IMG/VR virus record: IMGVR_UViG_3300020421_001669
Coordinates: 32,001-96,000 of that record
Direction: 5' to 3' (one strand)
Length of the DNA stretch: 64,000 nt
From: a virus
Made by a program: the position numbers and the translations under genes
The notes under the pieces: model-generated
Told to the model about the DNA's origin: nothing
Database searches by the model: none
What the model saw: only the letters and a program-made list of their open reading frames with translations
Part shown: positions 41,063-50,629 of the stretch, piece after piece
Position numbering within the stretch: position 1 is the first letter of the stretch
How the letters are laid out: each line of letters opens with the position of its first letter

Positions 41063-42543
41063 TCTTTATAAAACAGAAAGACCATGTGCATATGCATGTG
41101 GAAGCCTCAGATGAAGGTATAACAAAGGAGATATCAGACTTCTTTACCTTTGAAGTGCCTGGCGCTTCCTTTATGCCGTCATATAGAAACCGTCATTGGG
41201 ATGGTAAGATTCGCCTGTACAATTTGTCCAGACGCGAACTGTATGTTGGTCTTTTGCCTTACCTATTAGAGTTTGCAAAACAACTTGACTATCCAGTTAG
41301 GGTAGAGATGGGTGAGATTGGTGAAGAGATGTCACGCGATGAGGTCAAAGAATTCGCCAGTAAATTAAAACTTCATAGTAACTGGAAACCTATTCAGATA
41401 AGAGACTACCAAGAAGACGCGGTGTTCGATGCAATCAACGGTGGCAGAACTCTTTTACTTTCCCCTACCGCTAGTGGTAAGTCCCTCATAATATACAATC
41501 TGGCGCGATATCATCACGCCTTAGGACGAAAACAACTTATTGTAGTCCCTACTACCAGTTTGGTTGAACAAATGTACGGAGACTTCGCTGATTACTCCAC
41601 ACACAATGGTTTTGATGTATCAAAGTACTGTCATAGGATATATGGTGGTAAAGAGAAAACAAACAAAGCGGACATTGTTATATCTACATGGCAATCTATT
41701 TACAAGTATCCAAAGAAATGGTTTGAAGAATTTGATGTAGTGTATGGTGATGAAGCACACCTATTTAAAGCAAAGTCTTTGATGACTCTTATGGATAAAT
41801 GTACCAACGCCAGATTTAGAATAGGTACTACTGGTACACTAGATGGTACACAGACGCATAGATTAGTCCTAGAAGGAGTCTTTGGTAAAGTATATAAGGT
41901 TACTACCACAAAGAAACTTATGGACAAGAAGGAACTTGCAGACCTTAAAATTATATGTATGTTAATAGACTATCCAGATGAAGAAAGAAAACTTGTATCT
42001 AAGATGCCTTATAAAGAAGAGATGGATTTTATAGTAGGACACGCGGGCAGAAATGATATTATAAGTAAACTTACCGTAGCACAGAAGGGCAACACACTTT
42101 TATTATATCAGTATGTAGAAAAACATGGCGCGGTACTACATAAAATGATATCTGAAATGACTAATCGCCCAGTTCATTTTGTATATGGTGGTACGGAAAC
42201 AGACCAAAGAGAACAGATTAGAGCATTGACAGAAAAATCTGACGATACCATTATCATTGCCAGTTACGGAACCTTTTCTACAGGTATAAATATTAGAAAC
42301 CTTAACAATATTGTATTTGCCTCACCTAGTAAGAGTAGAATCAGAAACTTACAGTCTATTGGTAGAGGTCTTAGAAAAAGTGAAGTCAAGACAAAGTGTA
42401 ACTTGTTTGACATAGGTGATGACCTTTCTTGGAAACAAAGAAAAAATTATACACTCAATCACCTTTTAGAAAGAATTAAAATGTACAATGAAGAATCCTT
42501 TGATTATAAAGTGGTTAAATTAGATTCAAGAGGAAAGATATGA
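41059..42543 (+). CDS. uvsW: DNA helicase UvsW
   Basis: WDGKIRL, SPTASGKS, DEAH and LQSIGRGLR; ATGA overlap with uvsY. Confidence 0.95.
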   Translation: MIFIKQKDHVHMHVEASDEGITKEISDFFTFEVPGASFMPSYRNRHWDGKIRLYNLSRRELYVGLLPYLLEFAKQLDYPVRVEMGEIGEEMSRDEVKEFASKLKLHSNWKPIQIRDYQEDAVFDAINGGRTLLLSPTASGKSLIIYNLARYHHALGRKQLIVVPTTSLVEQMYGDFADYSTHNGFDVSKYCHRIYGGKEKTNKADIVISTWQSIYKYPKKWFEEFDVVYGDEAHLFKAKSLMTLMDKCTNARFRIGTTGTLDGTQTHRLVLEGVFGKVYKVTTTKKLMDKKELADLKIICMLIDYPDEERKLVSKMPYKEEMDFIVGHAGRNDIISKLTVAQKGNTLLLYQYVEKHGAVLHKMISEMTNRPVHFVYGGTETDQREQIRALTEKSDDTIIIASYGTFSTGINIRNLNNIVFASPSKSRIRNLQSIGRGLRKSEVKTKCNLFDIGDDLSWKQRKNYTLNHLLERIKMYNEESFDYKVVKLDSRGKI

Positions 42544-42962
42544 TAAGCGAACCAAAAATAATTATCTTTGATAGTGGACTACAGATAGTCGCTGATGTAG
42601 AAGAGACAGATAATCTTGATGCTCTCGGAAAACTTAAAGTTCATTTCCCTATGGAAATTATGAGAATGCCTGTGTCCATGACACATGAAGCATATTCTAT
42701 CAGACCGTGGATGTCATTCTCAGACGGAACTGAATTTGAAATTAATAAAAATAATATAGTTGCAATCGCGCCTTTAAGTGAGGGATATCGAGAAGGGTAT
42801 TATAATCTTAAAGATGGGTATTTCAACAAACCAGAAGGTTTGCCCTCCCCAGAATTAATTGATGAGTATGAAGAAGAGTGGGAAGAAAACCGAATGGATG
42901 AAGATACTATCAAAGAAATGATAGACGATATTATTGGAAGAAAGAAAAGGATATTACACTAG
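42540..42962 (+). CDS. Conserved hypothetical protein between uvsW and gp55 (Sm-like fold likely)
   Basis: Synteny; PWMSFS motif; C-terminal KKRILH. Confidence 0.65.
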   Translation: MISEPKIIIFDSGLQIVADVEETDNLDALGKLKVHFPMEIMRMPVSMTHEAYSIRPWMSFSDGTEFEINKNNIVAIAPLSEGYREGYYNLKDGYFNKPEGLPSPELIDEYEEEWEENRMDEDTIKEMIDDIIGRKKRILH

Positions 42963-42988
42963 ATATAGCTATCCTTAGAGGACAACCA

Positions 42989-43018
42989 ATTATACACAAA
43001 ATTCCAAGCAGATGTCAA
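42989..43018 (-). promoter_or_regulatory. Antisense sigma70 promoter TTGACA-18-TATAAT
   Basis: Minus strand reads TTGACAtctgcttggaattttgtgTATAAT; no minus-strand gene downstream. Confidence 0.7.
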
Positions 43019-43041
43019 GTAAAATTTTATCTTTTTTTCGC

Positions 43042-43070
43042 TTGACTTTTGCATAACTTTACTATAGAAT
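43042..43070 (+). promoter_or_regulatory. sigma70-type promoter TTGACT-17-TAGAAT for gp55
   Basis: TTGACT 43042-43047 and TAGAAT 43065-43070. Confidence 0.7.
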
Positions 43071-43080
43071 GGGTAACATT

Positions 43081-43689
43081 ATGACTAAAAAATCAGAAAC
43101 TAATAGACACTATGTCAACAACAAGGAATTTCTTGCCGCTATGACCGAGTATCGGGAGTCCCGATTGGCCGCAGAGGAGAAGGGAGAATCCAAACCGCGT
43201 GTGACAGAGTACATTGGGGAGTGTTTTGTAAAAATCGCAAATCACTTGGCATACAAATCAAATTTTGTAAACTATACATTCAGAGAAGAAATGATTTTGG
43301 ATGGTATAGAAAACTGTATCACATACATTGATAACTTCAATCCAGAAAAGTCAAAGAATCCGTTTGCATATTTTACGCAGATTACATACTATGCTTTTCT
43401 AAGAAGGATACAAAAAGAAAAGAAACAACTTGACACTAAGTACAAGTACATCCAGAACCTTGACATGCAATCTATCATAGATGGTGAAGAGGGACAGGGT
43501 GGTGGTTCTGCTGATTTCATTGAATACATGAAGAAACAAATCGATGAAGCGGAAAAACATAATGCTCAATACGCAGAACAAGATAAGAAGGTTCCTAAAA
43601 GGCGTCCAAAATATCTGGATGACAAAGAAGCAATGAAGATGGCAAAGGAGAAAATACCAGAGTTGAAAGATGCAGAAAAAAGTACTTGA
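43081..43689 (+). CDS. gp55: Late-transcription sigma factor gp55
   Basis: HYVNNKEFL, NFVNYTFREEMILDGIENC and NPFAYFTQITYYAFLRRIQKEKKQ. ATG 43081 preferred because ATG 43069 overlaps the -10. Confidence 0.95.
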   Translation: MTKKSETNRHYVNNKEFLAAMTEYRESRLAAEEKGESKPRVTEYIGECFVKIANHLAYKSNFVNYTFREEMILDGIENCITYIDNFNPEKSKNPFAYFTQITYYAFLRRIQKEKKQLDTKYKYIQNLDMQSIIDGEEGQGGGSADFIEYMKKQIDEAEKHNAQYAEQDKKVPKRRPKYLDDKEAMKMAKEKIPELKDAEKST

Positions 43690-43714
43690 CTTTTGCCCTC
43701 AGATAGCGTATAAT
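43686..43714 (+). promoter_or_regulatory. sigma70-type promoter TTGACT-17-TATAAT
   Basis: TTGACT 43686-43691 and TATAAT 43709-43714. Confidence 0.8.
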
Positions 43715-43752
43715 GTTTAGTTATATAAAGTTTAATTGGAGTTTTCTTTATC

Positions 43753-44292
43753 ATGAACATATTTTATTTACATAAAACCCCTACCGTATCAGTAAAAATG
43801 CATTGCGACAAACATGTCGTGAAGATGGTTATTGAGTACGCTCAGTTATTGTCTACTGCCCATAGGATGTTGGATGGTACACAATGGATTGATGCATCTA
43901 GTGGTAGGAGAATCAAACGGTGGCGACTAGACAATTCCAACATGGATGGTGTCCTATACAAAGCGTCACATATCAATCACCCATCTGCTATATGGGTTCG
44001 TCAAAACAATTCCCAGTATCAATACATGTACAACATGTTTACTAATCTTTGTGATGAGTACACATACAGGTACGGTAAAATACACATGACTGATTCTAAG
44101 TTGCGTGAATTGTTATCCGAGACACCAAAGAACATACCAACTGGTTCTTGGGTTGAACCACCACAATGTATGCCAGATTACTGTAAACAGTCCAACGCTC
44201 TTGATGGGTACAGAACCTATTACAGAGAAGAGAAAAAGGGTTTCGCTAAGTGGACTAACCGCGATGTACCAGAGTTTATGAATGTCGCATGA
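43753..44292 (+). CDS. Pyrimidine dimer DNA glycosylase / DenV-like family protein
   Basis: MNIFYL, HCDKHVVKM..EYAQLLSTAH, H.NHPSAIW, EYTYRYGK.H and PPQCMPD. Confidence 0.8.
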   Translation: MNIFYLHKTPTVSVKMHCDKHVVKMVIEYAQLLSTAHRMLDGTQWIDASSGRRIKRWRLDNSNMDGVLYKASHINHPSAIWVRQNNSQYQYMYNMFTNLCDEYTYRYGKIHMTDSKLRELLSETPKNIPTGSWVEPPQCMPDYCKQSNALDGYRTYYREEKKGFAKWTNRDVPEFMNVA

Positions 44293-45401
44293 TATTATCA
44301 AAAGAAGATACGATATATGCTAGTAAGATAGTTGTTGATTACTTCTCAAAGTTTGAGAGGATTGACGATTACTTTCGTGCAAGAAAAATCGAAAGGGTGA
44401 AGGCATTGCCTCCACCCCTTTTTGGTATGAGCGTAGAGGATGACATGTTCCAGAGTTGGGATATGCATCCAGAAGAAATGAATTTTGAAGTTGTTCAAAT
44501 GAACAACGAGGTGTTTGACCAGATGTTAGAGATGACTGCATCTTTTTCACCAGACCAAGCGCCAGGCAAAGAATTAAAACTGATTGTGAAGGAAACGAAT
44601 ACAAACACAGCAGTTGGTTTTATCAAGTTGGGGTCACCGTTAATAAACTCCAAACCAAGGAATGATTTTCTTGGTGGTGTCCCCGACTTGCCTATCTTCA
44701 ACAAGAGGGCAATCATGGGGTTTAATATAGTTCCAGTACAACCATTTGGATTTAATTATCTAGGTGGTAAGTTACTGGCTGCCATTTGTTGTTCACATGA
44801 AGTACGAAGGATGTTGAACAAGAAATATAATACAGAGTTCTGTTTGTTTGAGACTACATCTTTATATGGTAACATAAAGGGTGCTAGTATGTACGATGGT
44901 ATGAAACCCTTCCTAAGATACAAGGGAGATACCATGTCATCATTCTTACTGACTATGGGTGAAGAGATTTATTTTCATCTACGCGATTGGTTTGAAGAAA
45001 AGAATGGTGGTGAAGTTCTTATTCATAAAGGTGCATCTAGTAGAAAACTAAAATACCAAACAAAGATGATTCAAGTTCTCAAGGCAAATCTAAAAGAACA
45101 TGATACAAAAGCATATGAGATGTTTGATAGTGTAATCAAAAAGTCAACCGATGTGACCACACAAAAAAGATTTTATATGTCAGAGTACGGATACAAAAAT
45201 GTACGCGAAGTTCTTTTAGGTAAGACAGAAACACTAGAAAAGGCAGAAAACTTTGACAGGTTTGAACTAGAAAATGTCATTGATTGGTGGAGAAAGAAAG
45301 CCGTCAAAAGATATGACAACTTGGTATCAGATGGAAGAATACGAAAAGATTTGGAAGTCTGGAATTCTGAAACAATTGACAAAATAGATATAATAAGATG
45401 A
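44289..45401 (+). CDS. DUF4338 / Druantia DruA-like protein
   Basis: IVPVQPFGFNYLGGKLLAAICCS and FETTSLYG...SMYDG family motifs. Confidence 0.7.
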   Translation: MILSKEDTIYASKIVVDYFSKFERIDDYFRARKIERVKALPPPLFGMSVEDDMFQSWDMHPEEMNFEVVQMNNEVFDQMLEMTASFSPDQAPGKELKLIVKETNTNTAVGFIKLGSPLINSKPRNDFLGGVPDLPIFNKRAIMGFNIVPVQPFGFNYLGGKLLAAICCSHEVRRMLNKKYNTEFCLFETTSLYGNIKGASMYDGMKPFLRYKGDTMSSFLLTMGEEIYFHLRDWFEEKNGGEVLIHKGASSRKLKYQTKMIQVLKANLKEHDTKAYEMFDSVIKKSTDVTTQKRFYMSEYGYKNVREVLLGKTETLEKAENFDRFELENVIDWWRKKAVKRYDNLVSDGRIRKDLEVWNSETIDKIDIIR

Positions 45402-45649
45402 ACATAGAAATTTATTCAAAACCAGATTGTCCCTACTGTGACAGGGCAGTGTTTATTGCACAACAAATAATTCAAGAAACAACACACATCAAGTATGAAA
45501 AGAAAATGTTAGATGAAGATTTTACATTTGACGAATTACTTGAGAAATCACCCAACGCGAAAACCTTCCCACAGATATTTGTGGATGGTGAACTCATTGG
45601 TGGATTTAATGAATTTGAAAAAATGGAATGGTGGGCAGACAGACAATGA
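45398..45649 (+). CDS. nrdC: Glutaredoxin
   Basis: CPYC active site and TFPQIFVDGELIGGF. Confidence 0.9.
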   Translation: MNIEIYSKPDCPYCDRAVFIAQQIIQETTHIKYEKKMLDEDFTFDELLEKSPNAKTFPQIFVDGELIGGFNEFEKMEWWADRQ

Positions 45650-46053
45650 AAATAGGATTCACTTGCGGTGCATTTGATTTACTACACGCTGGTCATGTTG
45701 TTATGCTTCAAGAAGCAAAAAACAATTGTGACTTTTTAATTGTGGGATTACAAACAGACCCCACACTGGATAGGTCAGACAAAAACAAACCTGTTCAAAG
45801 TATATACGAAAGATATATTCAGTTGCATGGTATAGAAGCTGTAGATGAAGTTATACCATATGACAGAGAAGCATCTTTGATGGATATACTAACCACAAAA
45901 CCAATTGATATAAGATTTGTAGGCGAAGAATATAAAGATAAACAATTTACAGGACAACACTTGGATATAGAAATTTATTATACAAGTAGGACACACACTT
46001 TTTCTTCTACAGATTTGAGGAAACGAGTACAGAATGCTCCTAAACCAAAATGA
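45646..46053 (+). CDS. Cytidylyltransferase (TagD/glycerol-3-phosphate CT-like)
   Basis: GAFDLLHAGH (HxGH motif), VGLQTDP and RTHTFSSTDLR. Confidence 0.85.
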   Translation: MKIGFTCGAFDLLHAGHVVMLQEAKNNCDFLIVGLQTDPTLDRSDKNKPVQSIYERYIQLHGIEAVDEVIPYDREASLMDILTTKPIDIRFVGEEYKDKQFTGQHLDIEIYYTSRTHTFSSTDLRKRVQNAPKPK

Positions 46054-46366
46054 TATTGGTGGATATGTTGCTAAGGAAGACGATAGGTATATCGTCAAGG
46101 ACAATCCTTTTGGCAACACACTAGTAATTAGTAGTACGCGACTGCATGGTGGACAGGAAACCACTGGACACGAACATGATGGTCAAGAAGAGGTATATTT
46201 TTTTATTGAAGGTGAAGGTATCATAGAATTGGATTCTTTATACACCCATGTTAAGGCTGGTGATATAGTTCCAATCCAAGATGGTGTCTTTCACAAAGTT
46301 TATAATAGTTCAGATGACAATGATTTATATTTCATTTGTGTGTTTGACGGAAAGAGAAGAGTATGA
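46034..46366 (+). CDS. Cupin domain protein
   Basis: GHEHDGQEEVYFFIEGEG...GDIVPI.DGVFHKV. Confidence 0.85.
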   Translation: MLLNQNDIGGYVAKEDDRYIVKDNPFGNTLVISSTRLHGGQETTGHEHDGQEEVYFFIEGEGIIELDSLYTHVKAGDIVPIQDGVFHKVYNSSDDNDLYFICVFDGKRRV

Positions 46367-47349
46367 AAATAACATGTGCTAGATTGCGGTCTAATGTAAA
46401 GTATGAAGGCCCACTACAAACGGTACTAGATAGTTTCTTAGAGAACTATGTAAAGTGGATGAGGGCAAACCCCCAACACCAGTACGATACATATAACATA
46501 TCCTTTGATGGTACAAGACCTAAAAGAACACCAGAGACAATAGAATGGGCTGACGCGATAGTAATCCCTAGTGATAGTGAGTTTAGATATCATGGTGAGT
46601 TACAAATGAATCCAAAAGACTTGGCGAAGTCACAGTCTCACATGGATAACATTATACCATTCTTCAAGGACAAACATGTCATTGTCATGAGAAGTGATAG
46701 GGGTGATACTGAACAACTATATAGAGAAGAGACACTACAGAATGTTCCAATAAAATCTTACACAGAGATTGATGAGATTGATTTTCCAGGCAACATTCAT
46801 GGAATGAAGTATCACTTTATAAGAAACAAATTTGGTAACCCACTATTCACTACGGCAAAGAGAACTGACTTTGGATATTGGGGGCGCATGAAGACAGGAT
46901 GTGACCGCGATAAAATTATTAGAAAGATTTACCGTGACCCAGATTTAACCACTTGTTTGATTGGTGGATTTCCATCTGGTATTCAAAGACAATCATCGTG
47001 GATAAAGGATTGGAACCAATTGTATCCCATGTTAGAACCATGTAGATGGACACTGTGTTTCAATTGGAAGGATGAGACTGCTACCACCTCTAGGTATGTA
47101 GAGGCACTTGCAATTGGAATGATACCATTTGTCTGGCAACAATACGACAAGAACAATACATACAACATAGACCCTTGGCAAAGAATAGAAGACTTTGATG
47201 ATTTAAAATCTAAGGTCATGGAACTGAGGGATGAAAGTGTACTAGAGAGAAAACTTGAATTGTATAGAATGAACTATAATGAGAAACTATTATCCCTTGG
47301 TGGATACTACGATATTTTTAAAGGAAAAATGAACAAGGTTATTACATGA
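46363..47349 (+). CDS. GT-B glycosyltransferase resembling T4 DNA beta-glucosyltransferase
   Basis: DFGYWGRMKTG vs T4 BGT DVIYGGSFRSG; TSRYVEALA...YDKNN vs TLRVWETMA...FDTKH (T4 sequence recalled from memory). Adjacent to gp47, the alpha-gt locus in T4. Confidence 0.65.
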   Translation: MKITCARLRSNVKYEGPLQTVLDSFLENYVKWMRANPQHQYDTYNISFDGTRPKRTPETIEWADAIVIPSDSEFRYHGELQMNPKDLAKSQSHMDNIIPFFKDKHVIVMRSDRGDTEQLYREETLQNVPIKSYTEIDEIDFPGNIHGMKYHFIRNKFGNPLFTTAKRTDFGYWGRMKTGCDRDKIIRKIYRDPDLTTCLIGGFPSGIQRQSSWIKDWNQLYPMLEPCRWTLCFNWKDETATTSRYVEALAIGMIPFVWQQYDKNNTYNIDPWQRIEDFDDLKSKVMELRDESVLERKLELYRMNYNEKLLSLGGYYDIFKGKMNKVIT

Positions 47350-48398
47350 AGATTGCTCTAGTTAACGATACACACTTTGGTGCGAGGTCAGACAGTTTAC
47401 CGTTTGATGCGTACTTTAAGAAATTCTATGATGAGTTTTTCTTTCCCACTCTCGCGGAAAAAGAAATCAAGACTGTCATGCATTTGGGTGATATCTTTGA
47501 TAGAAGAAAGTATATGAATTATAACACACTTAAAAGTTGTAAGGAGTATTTCTTTGACCAAGCAAAAGACCTAAATATAGATATGCATGTGGTGCCTGGC
47601 AACCACGATACATATTTTAAAAACACTAACAATGTCAACGCGCCAGAACTTCTACTGCAAGAGTATGAAAATGTCAAAGTATATCCCGAAATTACTGAAC
47701 TGGAATTCGATAACAGAAAGATTCTATTCGTTCCTTGGATATGTAGCGATAACTATAGTAGTACTATGGAAATGGTCGGCAGAACAGACGCAAAAGTTTG
47801 TTTCGGACATTTCGAGTTTTCTGGGTTCCAAATGTACGCAGGCATGCCGAATGAGCATGGAATGGATCATACTGCCTTTGAGCACTTTGATTTGGTTTGC
47901 AGTGGTCATTACCACCATCGTAGTAGCAGGGATAATGTGGTCTATCTTGGTAATCCTTATGAAATTACATGGTCGGATTTTAATGATGCACGAGGGTTTA
48001 ATATCTATGACACAGAAACGAATGAATTAGAGTTCATGCAAAATCCTTATAGAATGTTTCATAAGATATTCTATAATGATGTTGACGATAATGTTGAGTA
48101 TGATTTGACAGGATTAGTTGGGGGATGTGTAAAGGTCATCGTAGTAAAGAAAGAAAACTTTACAAAGTTTGATAAACTTATTGACTCTTTGTATAGTTGT
48201 AATCTAGTAGAACTGAAAATTATCGAAGACTTCTCAGAGTTTGAGGATAATGCTGTTGGGGATATAGATTTAAAACTGGATGATACCATTACATTGTTAA
48301 ATGATTATGTTGATAACACTGTCACTGATTTAGATAAGGACAGGTTAAAGTCTCTACTACAAACGCTGTATGTAGAGGCACAACATCACGAGAATTAA
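47346..48398 (+). CDS. gp47: Recombination endonuclease subunit gp47 (Mre11-like)
   Basis: DTHFG, HLGDIFDRRK, GNHD and SGHYH. Confidence 0.95.
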   Translation: MKIALVNDTHFGARSDSLPFDAYFKKFYDEFFFPTLAEKEIKTVMHLGDIFDRRKYMNYNTLKSCKEYFFDQAKDLNIDMHVVPGNHDTYFKNTNNVNAPELLLQEYENVKVYPEITELEFDNRKILFVPWICSDNYSSTMEMVGRTDAKVCFGHFEFSGFQMYAGMPNEHGMDHTAFEHFDLVCSGHYHHRSSRDNVVYLGNPYEITWSDFNDARGFNIYDTETNELEFMQNPYRMFHKIFYNDVDDNVEYDLTGLVGGCVKVIVVKKENFTKFDKLIDSLYSCNLVELKIIEDFSEFEDNAVGDIDLKLDDTITLLNDYVDNTVTDLDKDRLKSLLQTLYVEAQHHEN

Positions 48399-48401
48399 TT
48401 T

Positions 48402-50072
48402 ATGATTTTATTTGAAAAGATAAGATGGAAAAACTTTCTGTCTACAGGGAATAGTTTTACCGAAATAGAGTTTAATCGAAGTCCAAGTACATTGGTAGTT
48501 GGTGAGAATGGAAGTGGTAAATCCACAATGCTTGATGCTGTTTGTTTTGCATTGTTCAATAAACCATTTCGTAAGATTAGTAAGACACAACTAATCAACT
48601 CTATCAATAACAAAAAACTGATAGTTGAGATTGAGTTCAGAGTAGGACAGAAAGAATTCAAAGTCATTCGCGGTGTAAAACCAAGTGTGTTTGAATTGTA
48701 TTGTGACGGACAGATGTTAGACCAAGATGCTGCTGTAAGAGATACACAAAAATATCTTGAAGAAAGTATTCTCAAGATGAACTTTAAATCTTTTACACAG
48801 ATTGTTATACTGGGTAGTGCTTCATTTACACCATTCATGCAGTTGCCTACAGCATCTCGCCGTGAAATTATTGAAGACATCCTAGACATTGAAATATTTA
48901 CAACGATGAATCAAGTCTTGAGAGATAAGATTGCTGTTCTAAGGGATGAGATTAGAGATGTAGAAACAGAAGTAGAGGTAGCAAAGTCGAAGGCCAATGT
49001 TCAAAGAAAATATATTGACCAGTTGGAACGCGACAAAAAAATTAAAGTCGATAAAATTAAGGAGAAAATAGATGAAATCATCGAGGCGTCTACTGAACTT
49101 GAAATCAAACTTTCAGAGGCAACAGCAGAGAAGGAGAGTTATGATGATCCAAAGCAACGCAAACAAAAACTGGATACTCTCAAAGACAAACTCGACTCCA
49201 ATCTCAGAAAGGCAAGAAAAGAACTCGACTTCTACCACAACACAGAAGAGTGTCCAACCTGTAAACAAGGACTAACTCACGATTTCAAAGAAGAAAAACA
49301 AAAAGAAAAGTCTGATAGGATAGGTGAGTTAGAGGAAGGATTAGAAAATATGAATTCCGAATATGATTCTGTTTATGAGGCAATGGAAAAGTATGACTCT
49401 ATATCTACGGTAATACAAGAAACACAAAGTGAAATTATTACACAGGAAAGATATCGAAATAGAATGACGCTGGAATTGAATGAAGCAGAAACTAATGTTG
49501 CAGACATCGATGAAGAAAAAAGTAAACTTAAAGATTTAGCAGTTGACTTGACAACAAAAAATAAATTGAAAACTGATAAGGGTGAGGAACAACATTACAA
49601 TACTGCTGCTACTAGTCTGCTCAAGGATACAGGAATTAAGACTAGAGTTATAAGACAGTATCTACCAATCATCAATCAGTTGGTAAATAAATATTTGGCC
49701 GCGATGGATTTCTTTGTTCACTTTGACTTGGATGAAAAGTTCAATGAGACAATAAAGTCCAGACATAGAGACAAGTTTTCTTACTCTAGTTTTAGTGAGG
49801 GTGAGAAACAAAGAATAGACTTGGCATTACTATTCACATGGCGAACAATTGCTAAGATGAAGAACAGTGCCAGTACCAACCTGTTATTACTTGATGAAGT
49901 ATTTGACAGTTCCTTGGATAACAATGGTGTTGATTATGTAATGAACCTATTGAGTACCATAGGAGAGGAAACCAATGTGTTTGTGATTTCTCACAAAGGT
50001 GACCAGTTGTTTGATAAATTTAGAAATCAGATTAAATTTGAAAAGATTAGAAACTATAGTGTGATGTCATGA
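48402..50072 (+). CDS. gp46: Recombination ATPase subunit gp46 (Rad50-like)
   Basis: WKNFLSTGN, GENGSGKST, CPTC hook, FSEGEK and LLDEVFD. Confidence 0.96.
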   Translation: MILFEKIRWKNFLSTGNSFTEIEFNRSPSTLVVGENGSGKSTMLDAVCFALFNKPFRKISKTQLINSINNKKLIVEIEFRVGQKEFKVIRGVKPSVFELYCDGQMLDQDAAVRDTQKYLEESILKMNFKSFTQIVILGSASFTPFMQLPTASRREIIEDILDIEIFTTMNQVLRDKIAVLRDEIRDVETEVEVAKSKANVQRKYIDQLERDKKIKVDKIKEKIDEIIEASTELEIKLSEATAEKESYDDPKQRKQKLDTLKDKLDSNLRKARKELDFYHNTEECPTCKQGLTHDFKEEKQKEKSDRIGELEEGLENMNSEYDSVYEAMEKYDSISTVIQETQSEIITQERYRNRMTLELNEAETNVADIDEEKSKLKDLAVDLTTKNKLKTDKGEEQHYNTAATSLLKDTGIKTRVIRQYLPIINQLVNKYLAAMDFFVHFDLDEKFNETIKSRHRDKFSYSSFSEGEKQRIDLALLFTWRTIAKMKNSASTNLLLLDEVFDSSLDNNGVDYVMNLLSTIGEETNVFVISHKGDQLFDKFRNQIKFEKIRNYSVMS

Positions 50073-50602
50073 GTGAATTAGAATTATTACCATTAAACCA
50101 TCCAATGATGAAGGTTCCACCAAATGAGTTTGATTTTGAAAAAGAAGATGCAAAGGAACTCGCTGACCTAATTTGGAAGAGACAAAGAGAACTTGGTGGG
50201 GCAGGATTGTCAGCAAACCAAGTGGGACGCAATGCAAAAATGTTTACTATGGGTGTAGACAGGGGTGAAGACTATAACTATAAAAGAGTATTGTTTAATC
50301 CACAGTTAACCGCGTATAGTGAAGAGACCGATGTCATGGAAGAAGGGTGTCTCTCGGCGCCTGGCATCACGCTGATGGTGCGTAGACCTATCAAGTGTAC
50401 CATGAGTTACAAAAACGAAGACAATGAAATGGTGTTGGAAGAGTTCGATGGTCTGTGGGCCAGAGTTGCATTACACGAGTATGACCACATGTTAGGTCAA
50501 AACTTTACTCAAAGAGTATCTAAAATTAAATTGGACAGAGCCATAAAAAAGGCAAAAAAATTCCACAAAAAATTAAAACGAGCTATTGAAAATAATAAAT
50601 AG
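50069..50602 (+). CDS. def: Peptide deformylase
   Basis: GAGLSANQVG, EGCLS and HEYDH motifs. Confidence 0.93.
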   Translation: MSELELLPLNHPMMKVPPNEFDFEKEDAKELADLIWKRQRELGGAGLSANQVGRNAKMFTMGVDRGEDYNYKRVLFNPQLTAYSEETDVMEEGCLSAPGITLMVRRPIKCTMSYKNEDNEMVLEEFDGLWARVALHEYDHMLGQNFTQRVSKIKLDRAIKKAKKFHKKLKRAIENNK

Positions 50603-50629
50603 TATCACATATGAATAGAGACTGTAACT

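Noticed and set aside
29887-50072. Inteins, introns or homing endonucleases in gp17, gp20, gp23, uvsW, gp46/47
   Set aside because: All have normal lengths and continuous motifs; no LAGLIDADG, HNH or GIY-YIG signatures seen.
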